From positions 183,513 through 247,512 of the forward strand of contig JBFWNU010000006.1 of NCBI GenBank assembly GCA_050250895.1: a stretch of 64,000 nucleotides of DNA. The letters are read 5' to 3'. Source of the DNA: Vulcanimicrobiota bacterium. Lineage in GTDB: Bacteria; Vulcanimicrobiota; Xenobia; Xenobiales; JADMJV01. Positions 9,909 through 19,933 of the stretch are shown here, piece by piece (within the stretch, counting starts at the first letter, position 1; every line of letters begins with the position of its first letter). A model generated the notes under the pieces. The model was not told the origin of the DNA and did no database searches. It saw only the letters and a program-made list of their open reading frames with translations. A program made the position numbers and the translations under genes.

Positions 9909-9992
9909 GTCTAAGAACTTTGACAAAGGTTGGACGTTTGTCCTATAGGAAAGGCGAACCCTGGACACGCCTGGATCATTCGAAAGCCCCGA

Positions 9993-11741
9993 CTAAGGCC
10001 GGCTGTCGCAGTGCTCGAGCAGGGCTTCGAACTCGGTGCTTTCCAGTACCTCGCGGCGCAGGAGTTCACCACTGATGCGCTCGAGGGCCTCGCGCCGACT
10101 CTCGAGGATGGCGGTCGCCTCGGCGTGAATGGTCTCGAGCAGGCGTCGGGCCTCTTCATCGACCCGGGCCAGGGAGGCAGCACTGGCGGGGGTATCCTGC
10201 CCGGTGTGGAGCAGGCCGGTCTCACCGCCCATGCCAAAGTGGGCAGCCATCCGGCGCGCGATTTGCGAGCAGCGCTCGAGATCGTTTTCGGCCCCGGTCG
10301 AGATTTCGTCAAAGATCAGCCGCTCGGCGGCCATGCCGCCAAGCAGCACGCGGATGCGATCGCGCAGCTCGGTTTCGGTCATGAGATAGGAGTCGTTGCT
10401 GGGCAGTTGCAGGGTATAGCCCAGGGCGGCCTTGCCGCGGGGAACGATGCTGATCTTGTGGACCGGGTCGGCGGTGGGGCTAAAGTGAGCTACCAGGGCG
10501 TGGCCTACCTCGTGATAGGCCACCCGACGCTTGAGTTGTTTGTCCAGGACGCGGCTGGTGCGTATCGGGCCGGCCAGAATCTTTTCCATGGCTTCGGCCA
10601 GGTGGGCCTGGCTGATGCAGCCGGCCTCTTCCGAGGTGGCGATGAGAGCCGCCTCGTTGAGCAGGTTGGCCAGGTCGGCCCCGCTCATGCCGGCGCTCGA
10701 ACGGGCAAGCTTTTCGAGCGAGACTCCACTACAGAGCTTCTTGGAGCGGGCATGGACACCGAGAATGGCCAGGCGGCCTTCGCGGTCGGGGGCGTCGACC
10801 ACGATCTGATGGTCGAAGCGGCCGGGGCGCAGCAGGGCCGGGTCGATGACTTCGGGTCGGTTGGTAGCTCCGATCAGCAAGACTCGAGACTGTTCGTCGA
10901 AACCATCGAGTTCGACCAGCAACTGGTTGAGGGTCTGCTCGCGTTCGTCGTGGGATTGATCTTGATGGCCCCGTTTCTTCCCGAGAGCATCCAGTTCGTC
11001 GATGAAGACGATGCTGGGAGCATTCTTGCGGGCTTCGGCAAACAGGCTGCGCACGCGGGCCGCGCCAACGCCCACATACATCTCGACAAAGTCGCTACCA
11101 GAAAGGGAGTAGAAGTTGACCCCCGCTTCCGCGGCCAGGGCCCGGGCCAGCAGGGTCTTGCCCGTGCCAGGCGGGCCGGTTAGCAGAAGGCCACGAGGCA
11201 GGGTGGCGCCCATGGCGTGATAGCGCTCGGGGTGGGTGAGAAAGTGGACCACTCGCTCCATCTCGCGCTTGGCTTCGTCGCAACCGGCCACATCCTCGAA
11301 TCCTACCCCCGGGCGCTGGGCGACCAGCAGCTTCTGACCCCGACCGCCAAACTTGTTGAGGGTCGAGCCAGATTGGCGATAGAAGAGATAGCCGGCAGCA
11401 GCCAGGGCCAGCATCGGATACAACATTCCATACACGACCCCTCGCCAGGCGGGCACGGCGGTGTAGCCGACTCCGGCCTGATGCAGGGCATCCACCAGAC
11501 CCGGGTCATCGAGTCTGGTGGCGCGGAAGGCGACGCCTGAGGCCAGGGTGCCCTCCAATGAATCGGGGCCTACTGTCACCGCCTCGACTTCTCCCCGCGA
11601 CACGGCGCCGCGAAATTCGCTGTAAGGTAAAACCCTACGCTGAAATCGCAGCCCCAAGTCGCCGAGGACGAAGAGTGTGGCGATGACCAGCAGGCCCGTG
11701 AGAGACAGCTCTAGCTGTCGCTTTTTGCGAGTAGCTTGCAA
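9993..11741 (-). CDS. ftsH: FtsH-family ATP-dependent zinc metalloprotease (probably a paralogue)
   Basis: Two TMs, Walker [43 protein letters not shown]; start codon uncertain. Confidence 0.92.
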   Translation of the reverse strand: MQATRKKRQLELSLTGLLVIATLFVLGDLGLRFQRRVLPYSEFRGAVSRGEVEAVTVGPDSLEGTLASGVAFRATRLDDPGLVDALHQAGVGYTAVPAWRGVVYGMLYPMLALAAAGYLFYRQSGSTLNKFGGRGQKLLVAQRPGVGFEDVAGCDEAKREMERVVHFLTHPERYHAMGATLPRGLLLTGPPGTGKTLLARALAAEAGVNFYSLSGSDFVEMYVGVGAARVRSLFAEARKNAPSIVFIDELDALGKKRGHQDQSHDEREQTLNQLLVELDGFDEQSRVLLIGATNRPEVIDPALLRPGRFDHQIVVDAPDREGRLAILGVHARSKKLCSGVSLEKLARSSAGMSGADLANLLNEAALIATSEEAGCISQAHLAEAMEKILAGPIRTSRVLDKQLKRRVAYHEVGHALVAHFSPTADPVHKISIVPRGKAALGYTLQLPSNDSYLMTETELRDRIRVLLGGMAAERLIFDEISTGAENDLERCSQIARRMAAHFGMGGETGLLHTGQDTPASAASLARVDEEARRLLETIHAEATAILESRREALERISGELLRREVLESTEFEALLEHCDSRP

Positions 11742-11757
11742 AGCGCTGTCTCAAGCT

Positions 11758-11925
11758 CTAGACTCGGCCGCGAAATCCGTTGGTGATCAGCGCGACGATG
11801 AGCAGCACCACGGCGACCAGGAAGATGAACTTACCGATTCCGGCGGCGGCTCCGGCGATTCCACCGAATCCGAACAGGGCGGCGATGAGGGCGATGATAA
11901 AGAATGTAAGAGCCCATTGTAACAT
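11758..11925 (-). CDS. DUF1328 (UPF0391/YtjA-like) small membrane protein, copy 1
   Basis: [35 protein letters not shown]...; AGGAGG RBS. Confidence 0.9.
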   Translation of the reverse strand: MLQWALTFFIIALIAALFGFGGIAGAAAGIGKFIFLVAVVLLIVALITNGFRGRV

Positions 11926-12039
11926 TGTATGATTCCTCCTTGGGAAGTTGTTTGCTGATTTCATTTTCTCGCGAGTGCGACGGGAGAACAGCCTTCGTGG
12001 GCATAGTTTGGGCCCTATCCGAATGGACCGTCCGGCACC

Positions 12040-12074
12040 AAAGCAAAAGCCCCGGGGGTTGACCCGGGGCTCTG
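12040..12074 (-). terminator. Intrinsic terminator after DUF1328 copy 2
   Basis: Minus strand agagccccggg-tcaac-ccccggggc followed by ttttgcttt. Confidence 0.7.
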
Positions 12075-12096
12075 TGCGGGGTTGGAGGTAGCTAAG

Positions 12097-12264
12097 CTAG
12101 ACCCTGGTCCGGAATCCGCCGGCCACCAACGAGACAATCAAGAGAACGACGGCTACCAGGAATATGAACTTACCGATTCCTGCAGCGGCACCGGCGATTC
12201 CACCGAAGCCGAAGAGCGCGGCGATCAGGGCGATGATAAAGAAGGTCAGGGCCCATTGTAACAT
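12097..12264 (-). CDS. DUF1328 small membrane protein, copy 2 (absent from the ORF track)
   Basis: [55 protein letters not shown]; AGGAGG RBS; first 44 aa identical to copy 1. Confidence 0.9.
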   Translation of the reverse strand: MLQWALTFFIIALIAALFGFGGIAGAAAGIGKFIFLVAVVLLIVSLVAGGFRTRV

Positions 12265-12443
12265 TGTGAGTTCCTCCTAAGGAATTTGATTTCTGCCCTC
12301 ATCATGCCGCATCTCGATCGGTCGAACAGTCTCTGCTGGCATACTTTGGCCCCTATCCGATAAGGCTGATAGGGTCGAGGGATGGGTGGGGCGCACCCTT
12401 TGGGGAGGGAGCCAGGTCTGATGCTGGCCAGTATCATAGACCC

Positions 12444-13427
12444 ATGACCGTAGGATTTACGCGGGCCCGCTGGGGACGGGGCTTCACTTATCGCACCACT
12501 CAGGGTGAAACCGTGACCGACATCGAAACTCGGGCCTGGCTCAAAAGCCTGGCCATCCCACCGGCCTGGGAAGAGGTCGAGATCGCGGCCGACCCCGACT
12601 CTGAAGTATTGGCCACGGGACGAGATTCTGCCGGCCGCAAGCAATACATCTATCACCCCGACTTTCGCGCCCGCCAGGAAGAAGAGAAGTTTGCGCGGAT
12701 CGTCGGGTTTGCCGAGCGACTCGAGACCATGCGGCGAGTCACTGGCCAGCACCTCCGGCGCGAAGCCGGAGACCGCAAATTGGCTCTAGCTTGCATGGTG
12801 CGGCTGCTGGACCTGGCCTATTTTCGGCCAGGCAATTCCCACTACGAAAAGGAGAATCACAGCTATGGCCTGACCACCATGCGCAGCCGCCACCTCACCA
12901 TCGAGGAGGACGAACTGATCTTCCATTATCAGGGCAAGGGCGGCCGTGAACAGGAGCGTCACGTGGTCGACGCCCGTCTGGCGCGGGTGGTGGCCGAGCT
13001 TGACGCCATTCCCGGCTATCGCATCTTCAAGTATTTCGATGAGGATGGTCAAAAGGTCACCGTCGAGAGCCAGGATCTCAACGCCTATATCAAGGAGGTG
13101 ATGGGGGAGGAATACAGCGCCAAGGACTTTCGCACCTGGGCTGGCACCTTGTTGGCGGCCGTGGCCCTCGACGAAATGGGCCTGGCCGACGACGAAAACC
13201 AGGCTCAGGCTCGCATCCGCCAGGCCGTCGACCAGGTCGCTCAAAGGTTGGGCAACACTCCGGCCGTGGCTCGCAGCAGCTATATCGACCCACGGGTGAT
13301 CGTGAGCTACCTCGATGGCCGCACCGCCAGTTACTTTGTCGAGCAGATCGAACAGGAACTCGAACGTCCAGAGGAGTTGTCGGTGGAGGAAATCGGCGTG
13401 TTAGCGCTTTTGAAAGCGACGCTCTAG
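12444..13427 (+). CDS. Bacterial DNA topoisomerase IB
   Basis: LAIPPAW, GRKQYIYH, FRPGN, GKGG, KDFRTW, LGNTPAVARSSY (catalytic Tyr). Confidence 0.93.
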   Translation: MTVGFTRARWGRGFTYRTTQGETVTDIETRAWLKSLAIPPAWEEVEIAADPDSEVLATGRDSAGRKQYIYHPDFRARQEEEKFARIVGFAERLETMRRVTGQHLRREAGDRKLALACMVRLLDLAYFRPGNSHYEKENHSYGLTTMRSRHLTIEEDELIFHYQGKGGREQERHVVDARLARVVAELDAIPGYRIFKYFDEDGQKVTVESQDLNAYIKEVMGEEYSAKDFRTWAGTLLAAVALDEMGLADDENQAQARIRQAVDQVAQRLGNTPAVARSSYIDPRVIVSYLDGRTASYFVEQIEQELERPEELSVEEIGVLALLKATL

Positions 13428-14185
13428 TACATCGGGTAGCCGCTGGTGCTGATGGGCATTCCGTTGGCGCCGGTGAGAGCGCCGGGCGGCGGTGGCATGC
13501 CGTTGGGTCCCATCGGCATACCGCCGGGTCCCATCGGCCCGACGCCGTTGAAGTTGCCCATATTGTAAGGGAAACCCTGATAATTCATGCTGTTGTAGCC
13601 GTTGTATGCCCCGTAAGTGCCGTAATTGCCGTAGTTGGTGTAGCCACCGTAGCCACCATACTGGTTGCCGATGCCACAGGCGCGGGCCAGAGAGACGCGG
13701 CTATCCCAGGCCTCTCGTGACTTGCGGCTCTGGTCGGCCTGCATCTGCGAGACATCTTGCCGAGTCTGGCTCGAAAGGCTATGCAGCTGCTGCTCGGTTT
13801 CGGTGCCGCTGCGCTGCATTTCGTGATAAATCCTGACCAGTTCCTGGTATTCGGGGCCGTTGGGGTCGGCCTTCTCGATGAGACCCGCGACCACCGCCAT
13901 CGGATCCTGACCGTGGGTTGCATCGACCATCATCGGGCCATTCATGCCCGGTTGGGCGGGCGGGGTAGGCGTGGGAGCCTTGGCCTTTTCAGGAGTGCCA
14001 AAGAAGAGTTCTTCTTCAGGCGCAGCCTGAACCGGGGCCGGCTGGGCATTGATGGTGGCGTGATCTTGCGGAGCCGGCTGGGCGGGTTGGGCCGCTGGAG
14101 CCTCGGCCTTGGGACCGGTCTTGGGGGTCACAAAGGTTGCCCCCATTAACTCGCGTCCTGCTCTTAGGCTGGTGACTTCACGCAC
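13424..14185 (-). CDS. Hypothetical protein: P/A/Q-rich N-terminus, coiled coil, G/N/Y/M-rich tail
   Basis: 253-aa ORF 24 nt downstream of 14210..15442; no recognisable domain. Confidence 0.65.
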   Translation of the reverse strand: MREVTSLRAGRELMGATFVTPKTGPKAEAPAAQPAQPAPQDHATINAQPAPVQAAPEEELFFGTPEKAKAPTPTPPAQPGMNGPMMVDATHGQDPMAVVAGLIEKADPNGPEYQELVRIYHEMQRSGTETEQQLHSLSSQTRQDVSQMQADQSRKSREAWDSRVSLARACGIGNQYGGYGGYTNYGNYGTYGAYNGYNSMNYQGFPYNMGNFNGVGPMGPGGMPMGPNGMPPPPGALTGANGMPISTSGYPMY

Positions 14186-14209
14186 AATGTTACCTTCAAC
14201 GCTTCCTGG

Positions 14210-15442
14210 CTAGTAGCCTTCTACAATGATGGTTTTGGTCGGATGCTGATGAATCGCATCGCCAGCCACCACCGAAGTTTCTTGTCCGAAATGCTGGTGG
14301 GTGTGGTAGCTACGGTTGTCGACAATCACCACCCGCGGAGGCTCGGGCTCCTTTTTCTCTTCCTTCTTTTCCTCTTTCGGCAACTCGGCCTGGCTCTGCA
14401 TGTAGTAGAAGGTCTCGAGCTCTTCAGCCGACTGGATCGTCGAGGCTTTGCCGTTGTCGACGTACCACGACAAACGCTTGAGGATTGGAACGTCAAATCC
14501 CCAGGCCTTGGATTCTTGAAAGTGGACCGGTTGACCATCGAGCACGCGCTCGAGCGCCTCGACCGCGTTGATGCCCTTGCCCTTCGAGGCTGTCCGGACG
14601 GCGTCGTAAGCCCCACCGACTCCACTGATGACGGCGCCCGCGGCGGCGAAACCTCCCAGCACTTCCCAGCTGCGGGCCAACCAGGCAAAGACGCCACCCA
14701 TAGCGGCTCCGGCTACGGCTCCCAGAGCGATGGCGTAGGGGGTCTTCTTGAACACTTCGCGAGTGACTCGCCAGGCGACGTTAGACTTGTCGTCGACATA
14801 GAATCGCCAGGGCCGGGTGCTGTTGGCCGTTCCCTGGGTGAAGAAGGCGATCCGGTGGGCGGATTTGGCGATGTCGCTGTTGCCTTTGATCTTCTCGTCG
14901 GGGTTGTACATCTGGAAAAGAAGCTTGAGTTCGGCCACATTCTGGACCACCACGGGCTCTCCGAACCGGACTTCAAAGCCCTGAGTGCCGCCGGATACCT
15001 GGGCATTCTTGCTGAAGGTAGCCACCTTGCTGATGGATTCGTTGCCGACCAGCGAGCCGGCGGTGGCCAGACCGGTCAAGCTGCCGGTGCTGAGGTCGAA
15101 CTGCATGTTGCGCATCGGCTGGAGCATGATGGGCGTGCCCTGCTGCAACGCGCTCAGAGCCTCCATTTCACCGATCTCCGAGCCCCGTTTGAACTGGCCG
15201 TTCGACGAGGGGACGGCCGCGTGGACCCGCCAGGGAAAGCCTGCATTTTCGAGGGTCTGGGTGAAATAGCCCAGCATCTGGGCCGACTCGAGGCGCTGGA
15301 TGTTCTTGTAGTCGTCGCCTTGAAGGTGGATGTCGATGCGGTCGTGGCCCCCGGGCAGCACTCCCAGAAGGTTTTCGAGCGGGCGCGAAGCAGGCGCAAC
15401 CGCCGGCGTGTTGGTCCTTATGTGGGGATTTCCGATTCGCAT
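14210..15442 (-). CDS. Hypothetical protein with a two-fold internal repeat and a glycine-zipper hydrophobic hairpin
   Basis: FTQ..PWR...EAL...G.P...Q...EL occurs twice; GAVAGAAMGG and AGAVISGVGG hairpin; GAGG RBS. Confidence 0.75.
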   Translation of the reverse strand: MRIGNPHIRTNTPAVAPASRPLENLLGVLPGGHDRIDIHLQGDDYKNIQRLESAQMLGYFTQTLENAGFPWRVHAAVPSSNGQFKRGSEIGEMEALSALQQGTPIMLQPMRNMQFDLSTGSLTGLATAGSLVGNESISKVATFSKNAQVSGGTQGFEVRFGEPVVVQNVAELKLLFQMYNPDEKIKGNSDIAKSAHRIAFFTQGTANSTRPWRFYVDDKSNVAWRVTREVFKKTPYAIALGAVAGAAMGGVFAWLARSWEVLGGFAAAGAVISGVGGAYDAVRTASKGKGINAVEALERVLDGQPVHFQESKAWGFDVPILKRLSWYVDNGKASTIQSAEELETFYYMQSQAELPKEEKKEEKKEPEPPRVVIVDNRSYHTHQHFGQETSVVAGDAIHQHPTKTIIVEGY

Positions 15443-15493
15443 GATCTGGCCTCGGTCCTCAGCATAGGCCGAGAAGCTGAAAAAAATGTGAAA

Positions 15494-16120
15494 TTACTCG
15501 AGAAAAGGCTGATGGCCAAAGCGATCGAGATGAAAGCTGTGGCCCGCCGGTTGACGCCGGTTGGTCCCGAACTCTCGGGCCGGCCATCCCAGTGGGACGA
15601 GGGCGCATGGCACCACCCCCCAGGGCAGCTCGAGCAGTCGTGACAGAGCCCAGCTGTTCCAGAGCGGGATGGTGATGAGGGTCGTGCCCAGGCCGGCTGC
15701 GCGCGCGGCCAGCAAGAAGTTTTGCACGGCCGGGAAGATCGAGGCAAAGAAGCTAGCCGAATACAGCAGCGGCCCGGGCAGATACCACCCCCGCTGGCAG
15801 GCCACCATCACTACGGGAATCTCTTTGAAGTGTTCGGCCTGGTGCAAGAAGCTGCGGGCCATCGGGCTGCTCTGGTCGCGGTTGAGCCAGCGATAGAGGC
15901 AGGCTCCCCGACGATTGAGGGTGGCCAACCTGGCCAGCTTGGAACGGTCTTTGAGGAAGACGAAGTGCCAGTTCTGCGCGTTGCGGCCGCTGGGAGCCCG
16001 GATGGCCAGGTCGACCAGTTGCAGCAGCAGTTCGTCATCGACCGGGTCGGGTTGCAGGTAGCGCATGGCCCGCTGAGAGCGCATGGCCTCGTCTAGCGGC
16101 ATCGAGAACGGATTTTCCAT
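15494..16120 (-). CDS. Nitroreductase-family protein
   Basis: QRAMR, RAPSGRNAQNWHF, AVQNFLLAARAAGLGT, PLGWP. Confidence 0.9.
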   Translation of the reverse strand: MENPFSMPLDEAMRSQRAMRYLQPDPVDDELLLQLVDLAIRAPSGRNAQNWHFVFLKDRSKLARLATLNRRGACLYRWLNRDQSSPMARSFLHQAEHFKEIPVVMVACQRGWYLPGPLLYSASFFASIFPAVQNFLLAARAAGLGTTLITIPLWNSWALSRLLELPWGVVPCALVPLGWPAREFGTNRRQPAGHSFHLDRFGHQPFLE

Positions 16121-16173
16121 GATTGGCCCTTCGACGTGGCAGGGCTTTGCCCGCCCCGGAGAAAGGGCCCGTT

Positions 16174-16938
16174 ATGCTTTTTGTCCTGCGCCAGTTCGTC
16201 AAGGCGTTGCTGGTGCCACCCGGCACGTTCTTCGTGTTGGCCGGCCTGGGTGTTCTGCTGTTGAAGAAGCGACCGGTTTGGGGAAAGGCCTTTTTGGCGG
16301 GGCTGGCCCTGCTGATCTACTTCTGTTCTACGTTCTCGGGTAGCGTTCTCCTGACGCGTCTGGCCGCCAGCGAGCCCTACCTCGTCCCGGCTCAAGCCGC
16401 CAGCGTGCCGGCACAAGCCATCGTCGTGTTGGGCGGTGGGCGCTCTCACTTTCACGGAGAATTTCCGGACTCGGTGCAGCCTGCCGCTGCGAGCATGGCC
16501 AGAGTCAGTTATGCCGCCTATTTGCGCGAGCTAACCGGGCTACCGGTGCTGGTTTCGGGCGGCGGCGATCCGGCCCTCGAGTACACCGAGGCCTACGGTA
16601 TGGCTCGCCTGTTGCATCGCCTGGGCGTGGACGAAGTGTGGCTGGAAACCGCCTCGACCAACACCTGGGACAACGCAGAGCAGACGGCCAGAATTCTGCT
16701 TCCGCGCGGAATTCGCCGGCTGTTGGTGGTGACCGACCCGGTTCACGCAGGCAGAGCCCGCCGATGTTTCGAGTCGCACGGGTTCGAGGTCACCATGGCC
16801 CCGACCGGCGAAACCGAAGCTCCCGTCTTCGGTCTGGGCCTGGTATCGCTCAAGCCTGACTCGGGCTGTCTATTGGAGTCGACGCGCGCCTGGACGGCCA
16901 TCCAGGCCAATCTCGTCTATGGGTTGTTATACTACTGA
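16174..16938 (+). CDS. YdcF/DUF218 (ElyC-like) membrane protein
   Basis: AIVVLGGG, VLVSGG, E..STNTWDNA, LVVTDPVH; two N-terminal TMs. Confidence 0.88.
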   Translation: MLFVLRQFVKALLVPPGTFFVLAGLGVLLLKKRPVWGKAFLAGLALLIYFCSTFSGSVLLTRLAASEPYLVPAQAASVPAQAIVVLGGGRSHFHGEFPDSVQPAAASMARVSYAAYLRELTGLPVLVSGGGDPALEYTEAYGMARLLHRLGVDEVWLETASTNTWDNAEQTARILLPRGIRRLLVVTDPVHAGRARRCFESHGFEVTMAPTGETEAPVFGLGLVSLKPDSGCLLESTRAWTAIQANLVYGLLYY

Positions 16939-16952
16939 TGGTTGGGCTAGAC

Positions 16953-16981
16953 TTGCACGTTGCCAAGATATGAGCTAGTAT
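16953..16981 (+). promoter_or_regulatory. sigma70-type promoter for infA (TTGCAC-N17-TAGTAT)
   Basis: 17-nt spacing, upstream of the AGGAGGTGA RBS. Confidence 0.55.
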
Positions 16982-17008
16982 AGGCCGTCAAAAAAAGGAG
17001 GTGAGATT

Positions 17009-17230
17009 TTGTCAAAAAAGGAAGAGGCCATTGAGGTTGAAGGCACTGTTGTCCAGGCCTTCCCCAACGCTCGATTCTCAGTCGAGCTGCCCAACGGACA
17101 CACCATTCTGGCCCACGTGTCCGGAAAGATTCGCCGCCACTTCATTCGAATTTTGCCCGGCGACAAGGTCACGGTCGAGCTTTCCCCCTACGACCTGACC
17201 AGGGGACGGATTACATACCGTTACAAGTAA
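17009..17230 (+). CDS. infA: Translation initiation factor IF-1
   Basis: EVEGTV...[22 protein letters not shown]...[26 protein letters not shown]; TTG start with strong SD. Confidence 0.98.
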   Translation: MSKKEEAIEVEGTVVQAFPNARFSVELPNGHTILAHVSGKIRRHFIRILPGDKVTVELSPYDLTRGRITYRYK

Positions 17231-17240
17231 AGATTTGAGG

Positions 17241-17283
17241 AAGAGTCCGGCCCGCTTCGAGCGAAACGGCCGGTCTTTTTATT
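17241..17283 (+). terminator. Intrinsic terminator after infA
   Basis: ccggcc...ggccgg stem enclosing a cgct-tcg-agcg hairpin, followed by tctttttatt. Confidence 0.65.
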
Positions 17284-17305
17284 AGTGAAGCCAGAGGTTG
17301 AAGAA

Positions 17306-18517
17306 ATGCGTATTCTGCTTGCCGACAAGTTGGATTCTCAAGCCATCGAAGGGTTCAAGGCCCTGCCCGGAGCCCAGGTAGAGAATCGTCCTGAACTCAG
17401 TGACGCGGATCTGCCGGCTCACCTGGGCGGGGTGGATATTCTGGTGGTGCGCTCTACCAAGGTCACCGCCCAGGCCCTGGGTTCAGCCGATCGCCTCGGC
17501 CTCATTATTCGAGCCGGGGCCGGGGTCAACACCATCGACGTCAAGACCGCCTCGGAACGGGGTATCTATGTGGCCAATTGTCCCGGCAAGAACGCCGTGG
17601 CGGTGGCCGAGCTGGCCCTGGGATTGATGCTGGCGCTGGACCGGCATCTCGCTTGCGGAGTCGCCGAGCTGCGGGCCGGACGCTGGAACAAGAAGCGCTT
17701 TTCCAAAGCCCGAGGCATCAAAGGGTCGACGGTGGGCGTGATCGGCACCGGTTCCATCGGACAAGCCGTCATTGACCGCCTCAAGGGCTTCGAAGTGAAC
17801 ATCCTGGCCTGGTCGCGGTCGCTGACCGCCGAGCGAGCCACCGAGATGGGCGTCGAAGCCGTCACCGACTTGCTCGAACTGGCTCGTCGTTGCGACATCG
17901 TGACGATCCACGTAGCCCTGACCCCCGACACCCGGGGCATGCTGGGAGAGAACTTTTTCGAGCACCTCAACCCGGGTGACTATTTCATCAACACCTCCCG
18001 CGCCGAAGTGGTCGACAGCCAGGCGCTGCTGGCGGCGCTCGAACGCGGGGTTCGCGCCGGGCTCGATGTCTTCGACAATGAGCCCGGGGGCGGTCCGGTC
18101 GACTTTGACGATCCCATCGCCCGGCACGCCAATTGCTATGGCTCCCACCACGTCGGGGCTTCGACCACCGAGTCCGAAACCGCCACCGGCGCGGAAGCGG
18201 TGCGGGTGGCGGCCGCCTTCGTGGCCGGCGACACGGTGCCTAATTGCGTCAATCTACGGGCGACTCCCCCCGACTGCCATGCCGTGGTGGTGCGTCACCA
18301 GGATCGCGTTGGTGTTCTGGCCGGCATTTTCAAAGCTCTCAAAGAGGCGGGTCTCAACGTGCAAGAGATGGAGAACAAAGTCTTCGAGGGTGCCAAAGCG
18401 GCCTCGGCCCGCATCCTTCTCGATAATCCCCCCAGCGAAGCTGTACTCGGCCGGTTGGCCCAATGTGACGGAGTTCTCCACGTGAGCGGTTCGGCCCCTT
18501 CGCCGGCCGGAGTCTAG
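17306..18517 (+). CDS. serA: D-3-phosphoglycerate dehydrogenase-like D-2-hydroxyacid dehydrogenase with C-terminal ACT domain
   Basis: RAGAGVNTID, NAVAVAEL, GTGSIG, INTSRA, LDVF..EP, HVGAST, ACT motif HQDRVGVL. Confidence 0.8.
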   Translation: MRILLADKLDSQAIEGFKALPGAQVENRPELSDADLPAHLGGVDILVVRSTKVTAQALGSADRLGLIIRAGAGVNTIDVKTASERGIYVANCPGKNAVAVAELALGLMLALDRHLACGVAELRAGRWNKKRFSKARGIKGSTVGVIGTGSIGQAVIDRLKGFEVNILAWSRSLTAERATEMGVEAVTDLLELARRCDIVTIHVALTPDTRGMLGENFFEHLNPGDYFINTSRAEVVDSQALLAALERGVRAGLDVFDNEPGGGPVDFDDPIARHANCYGSHHVGASTTESETATGAEAVRVAAAFVAGDTVPNCVNLRATPPDCHAVVVRHQDRVGVLAGIFKALKEAGLNVQEMENKVFEGAKAASARILLDNPPSEAVLGRLAQCDGVLHVSGSAPSPAGV

Positions 18518-18786
18518 ACAGACAGCTGCTCGACCCGGCCCTTGCACCAACTCCTGCGTGGTAGCCATCGGCTGCAGGAGGGGGACCGGCTCGAGAAGAA
18601 ACGGCTCGGGCAATCCGCCAGCCGCATTCGCGTGTTGGTGCGGGCCGGTCTCGAAGAACGCCTCTTGAGCGACCCCGAGACCGGGCGGGCCCTGCGTTGT
18701 CCCGGCTCGTCGCTCGATTCGATTGTCGAGTTTTTCGTGGCGAGATCCCCAATATTGCGGGAGAAAAACAAGAGAGGTAGCTGTCT

Positions 18787-19920
18787 ATGATTATCCACGA
18801 GTACCAGGGCAAAGAGCTCCTGGCCAAGATGGGGGTCCCGATTCCCGGCGGCAAGGTCGCCCATACACCCGAAGAGGCCGAGGCCATCACCGCCAAACTC
18901 GGCAAGAAAGTGGCCATCAAAGCCCAGGTCCACGTCGGAGGCCGCGGCAAAGCCGGCGGGATCAAATTGGCCGACTCGGCCGCCGAAGCCCGCCAGAAGG
19001 CTGGCGAGATCATCGGCATGGACATCAAAGGTCTGAAGGTCCACAAGGTGCTGGTAGAAGAGGCCATCGAGATCGAGAAAGAATACTATCTAGGCATCAC
19101 CCTCGACCGCTCCAAAGGCGCCCACGTCATCATGTTCAGTCCGATGGGGGGGGTCGACATCGAGCAGGTCGCTGAAGAGCACCCCGATCAGATCGCTCGC
19201 ATTCACACCTCTCCCCAGCGCGGTTTGCTCGACCACCACGTGCGGGCCGTGATGTACGCCTTCGATGTGCCCGATCAACAGCGTAAGGATCTGGGTCGAT
19301 TCGTCAAGACCCTGTACGCACTCTATACCAGCTATGATTGCACCATCGCCGAGATCAACCCGCTGGTGGTGACCAAAGACGGCCGCATGCTGGCCGCTGA
19401 CGCGAAGGTCAACTTCGACGCCAATGCCCTCTTCCGGCATCCGGACCTCGAGGCCATGGCCGAGGTCGCTGAGGAAGATCCCCTCGAGGTCAAAGCCAAG
19501 GAGCACGGTCTGGCCTACGTTCGCCTGGACGGCGAAGTCGGGATTATCGGAAATGGCGCCGGTCTGGTGATGGGCACTCTCGACATGGTCAGCCGGGTCG
19601 GCGGCAAGCCGGCCAATTTCCTCGACGTAGGAGGCGGCGCCTCGGCCAAGGTGGTCACCACCTCTCTGGATCTGGTGATGTCAGACCCCAACGTCAAAGG
19701 CGTTCTCTTTAATATCTTCGGTGGCATCACACGCGGAGATGAAGTCGCCAAAGGCATCGTAGAAGGCACTCGGGTCCTCAAGCTAGAGAAGCCGCTGGTC
19801 ATCCGCCTGGCGGGCACCAACGAGGAAGAAGGCCGAGCCATCCTTAACGAGGCCGGCATCCAGACCGCCGCCACCATGGAAGAGGCGGCCCGCAAAATCG
19901 TGGAATTGACCAGGGCTTAG
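18787..19920 (+). CDS. sucC: Succinyl-CoA ligase beta subunit
   Basis: [49 protein letters not shown]. Confidence 0.97.
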   Translation: MIIHEYQGKELLAKMGVPIPGGKVAHTPEEAEAITAKLGKKVAIKAQVHVGGRGKAGGIKLADSAAEARQKAGEIIGMDIKGLKVHKVLVEEAIEIEKEYYLGITLDRSKGAHVIMFSPMGGVDIEQVAEEHPDQIARIHTSPQRGLLDHHVRAVMYAFDVPDQQRKDLGRFVKTLYALYTSYDCTIAEINPLVVTKDGRMLAADAKVNFDANALFRHPDLEAMAEVAEEDPLEVKAKEHGLAYVRLDGEVGIIGNGAGLVMGTLDMVSRVGGKPANFLDVGGGASAKVVTTSLDLVMSDPNVKGVLFNIFGGITRGDEVAKGIVEGTRVLKLEKPLVIRLAGTNEEEGRAILNEAGIQTAATMEEAARKIVELTRA

Positions 19921-19933
19921 GAGATACGCAGAC

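Noticed and set aside
9868-9930. oriC or NrdR box near the DnaA-like boxes
   Set aside because: Only two imperfect boxes, no dnaA/dnaN context, and the CAATATTTG core is one base short of an NrdR box.
9930-11183. Long antisense ORFs (this one, also 14243..15643, 27666..28649, 59437..60669)
   Set aside because: Expected shadows of real genes in high-GC DNA; the opposite strand carries the recognisable motifs.
12444-13427. Topoisomerase IB as a phage integrase or mobile-element marker
   Set aside because: Motifs fit bacterial TopIB, and no att sites or phage genes are nearby.
18518-18786. ORF 18542..18790 or an RNA element upstream of sucC
   Set aside because: No RBS, recognisable domain or convincing structure; left unannotated.
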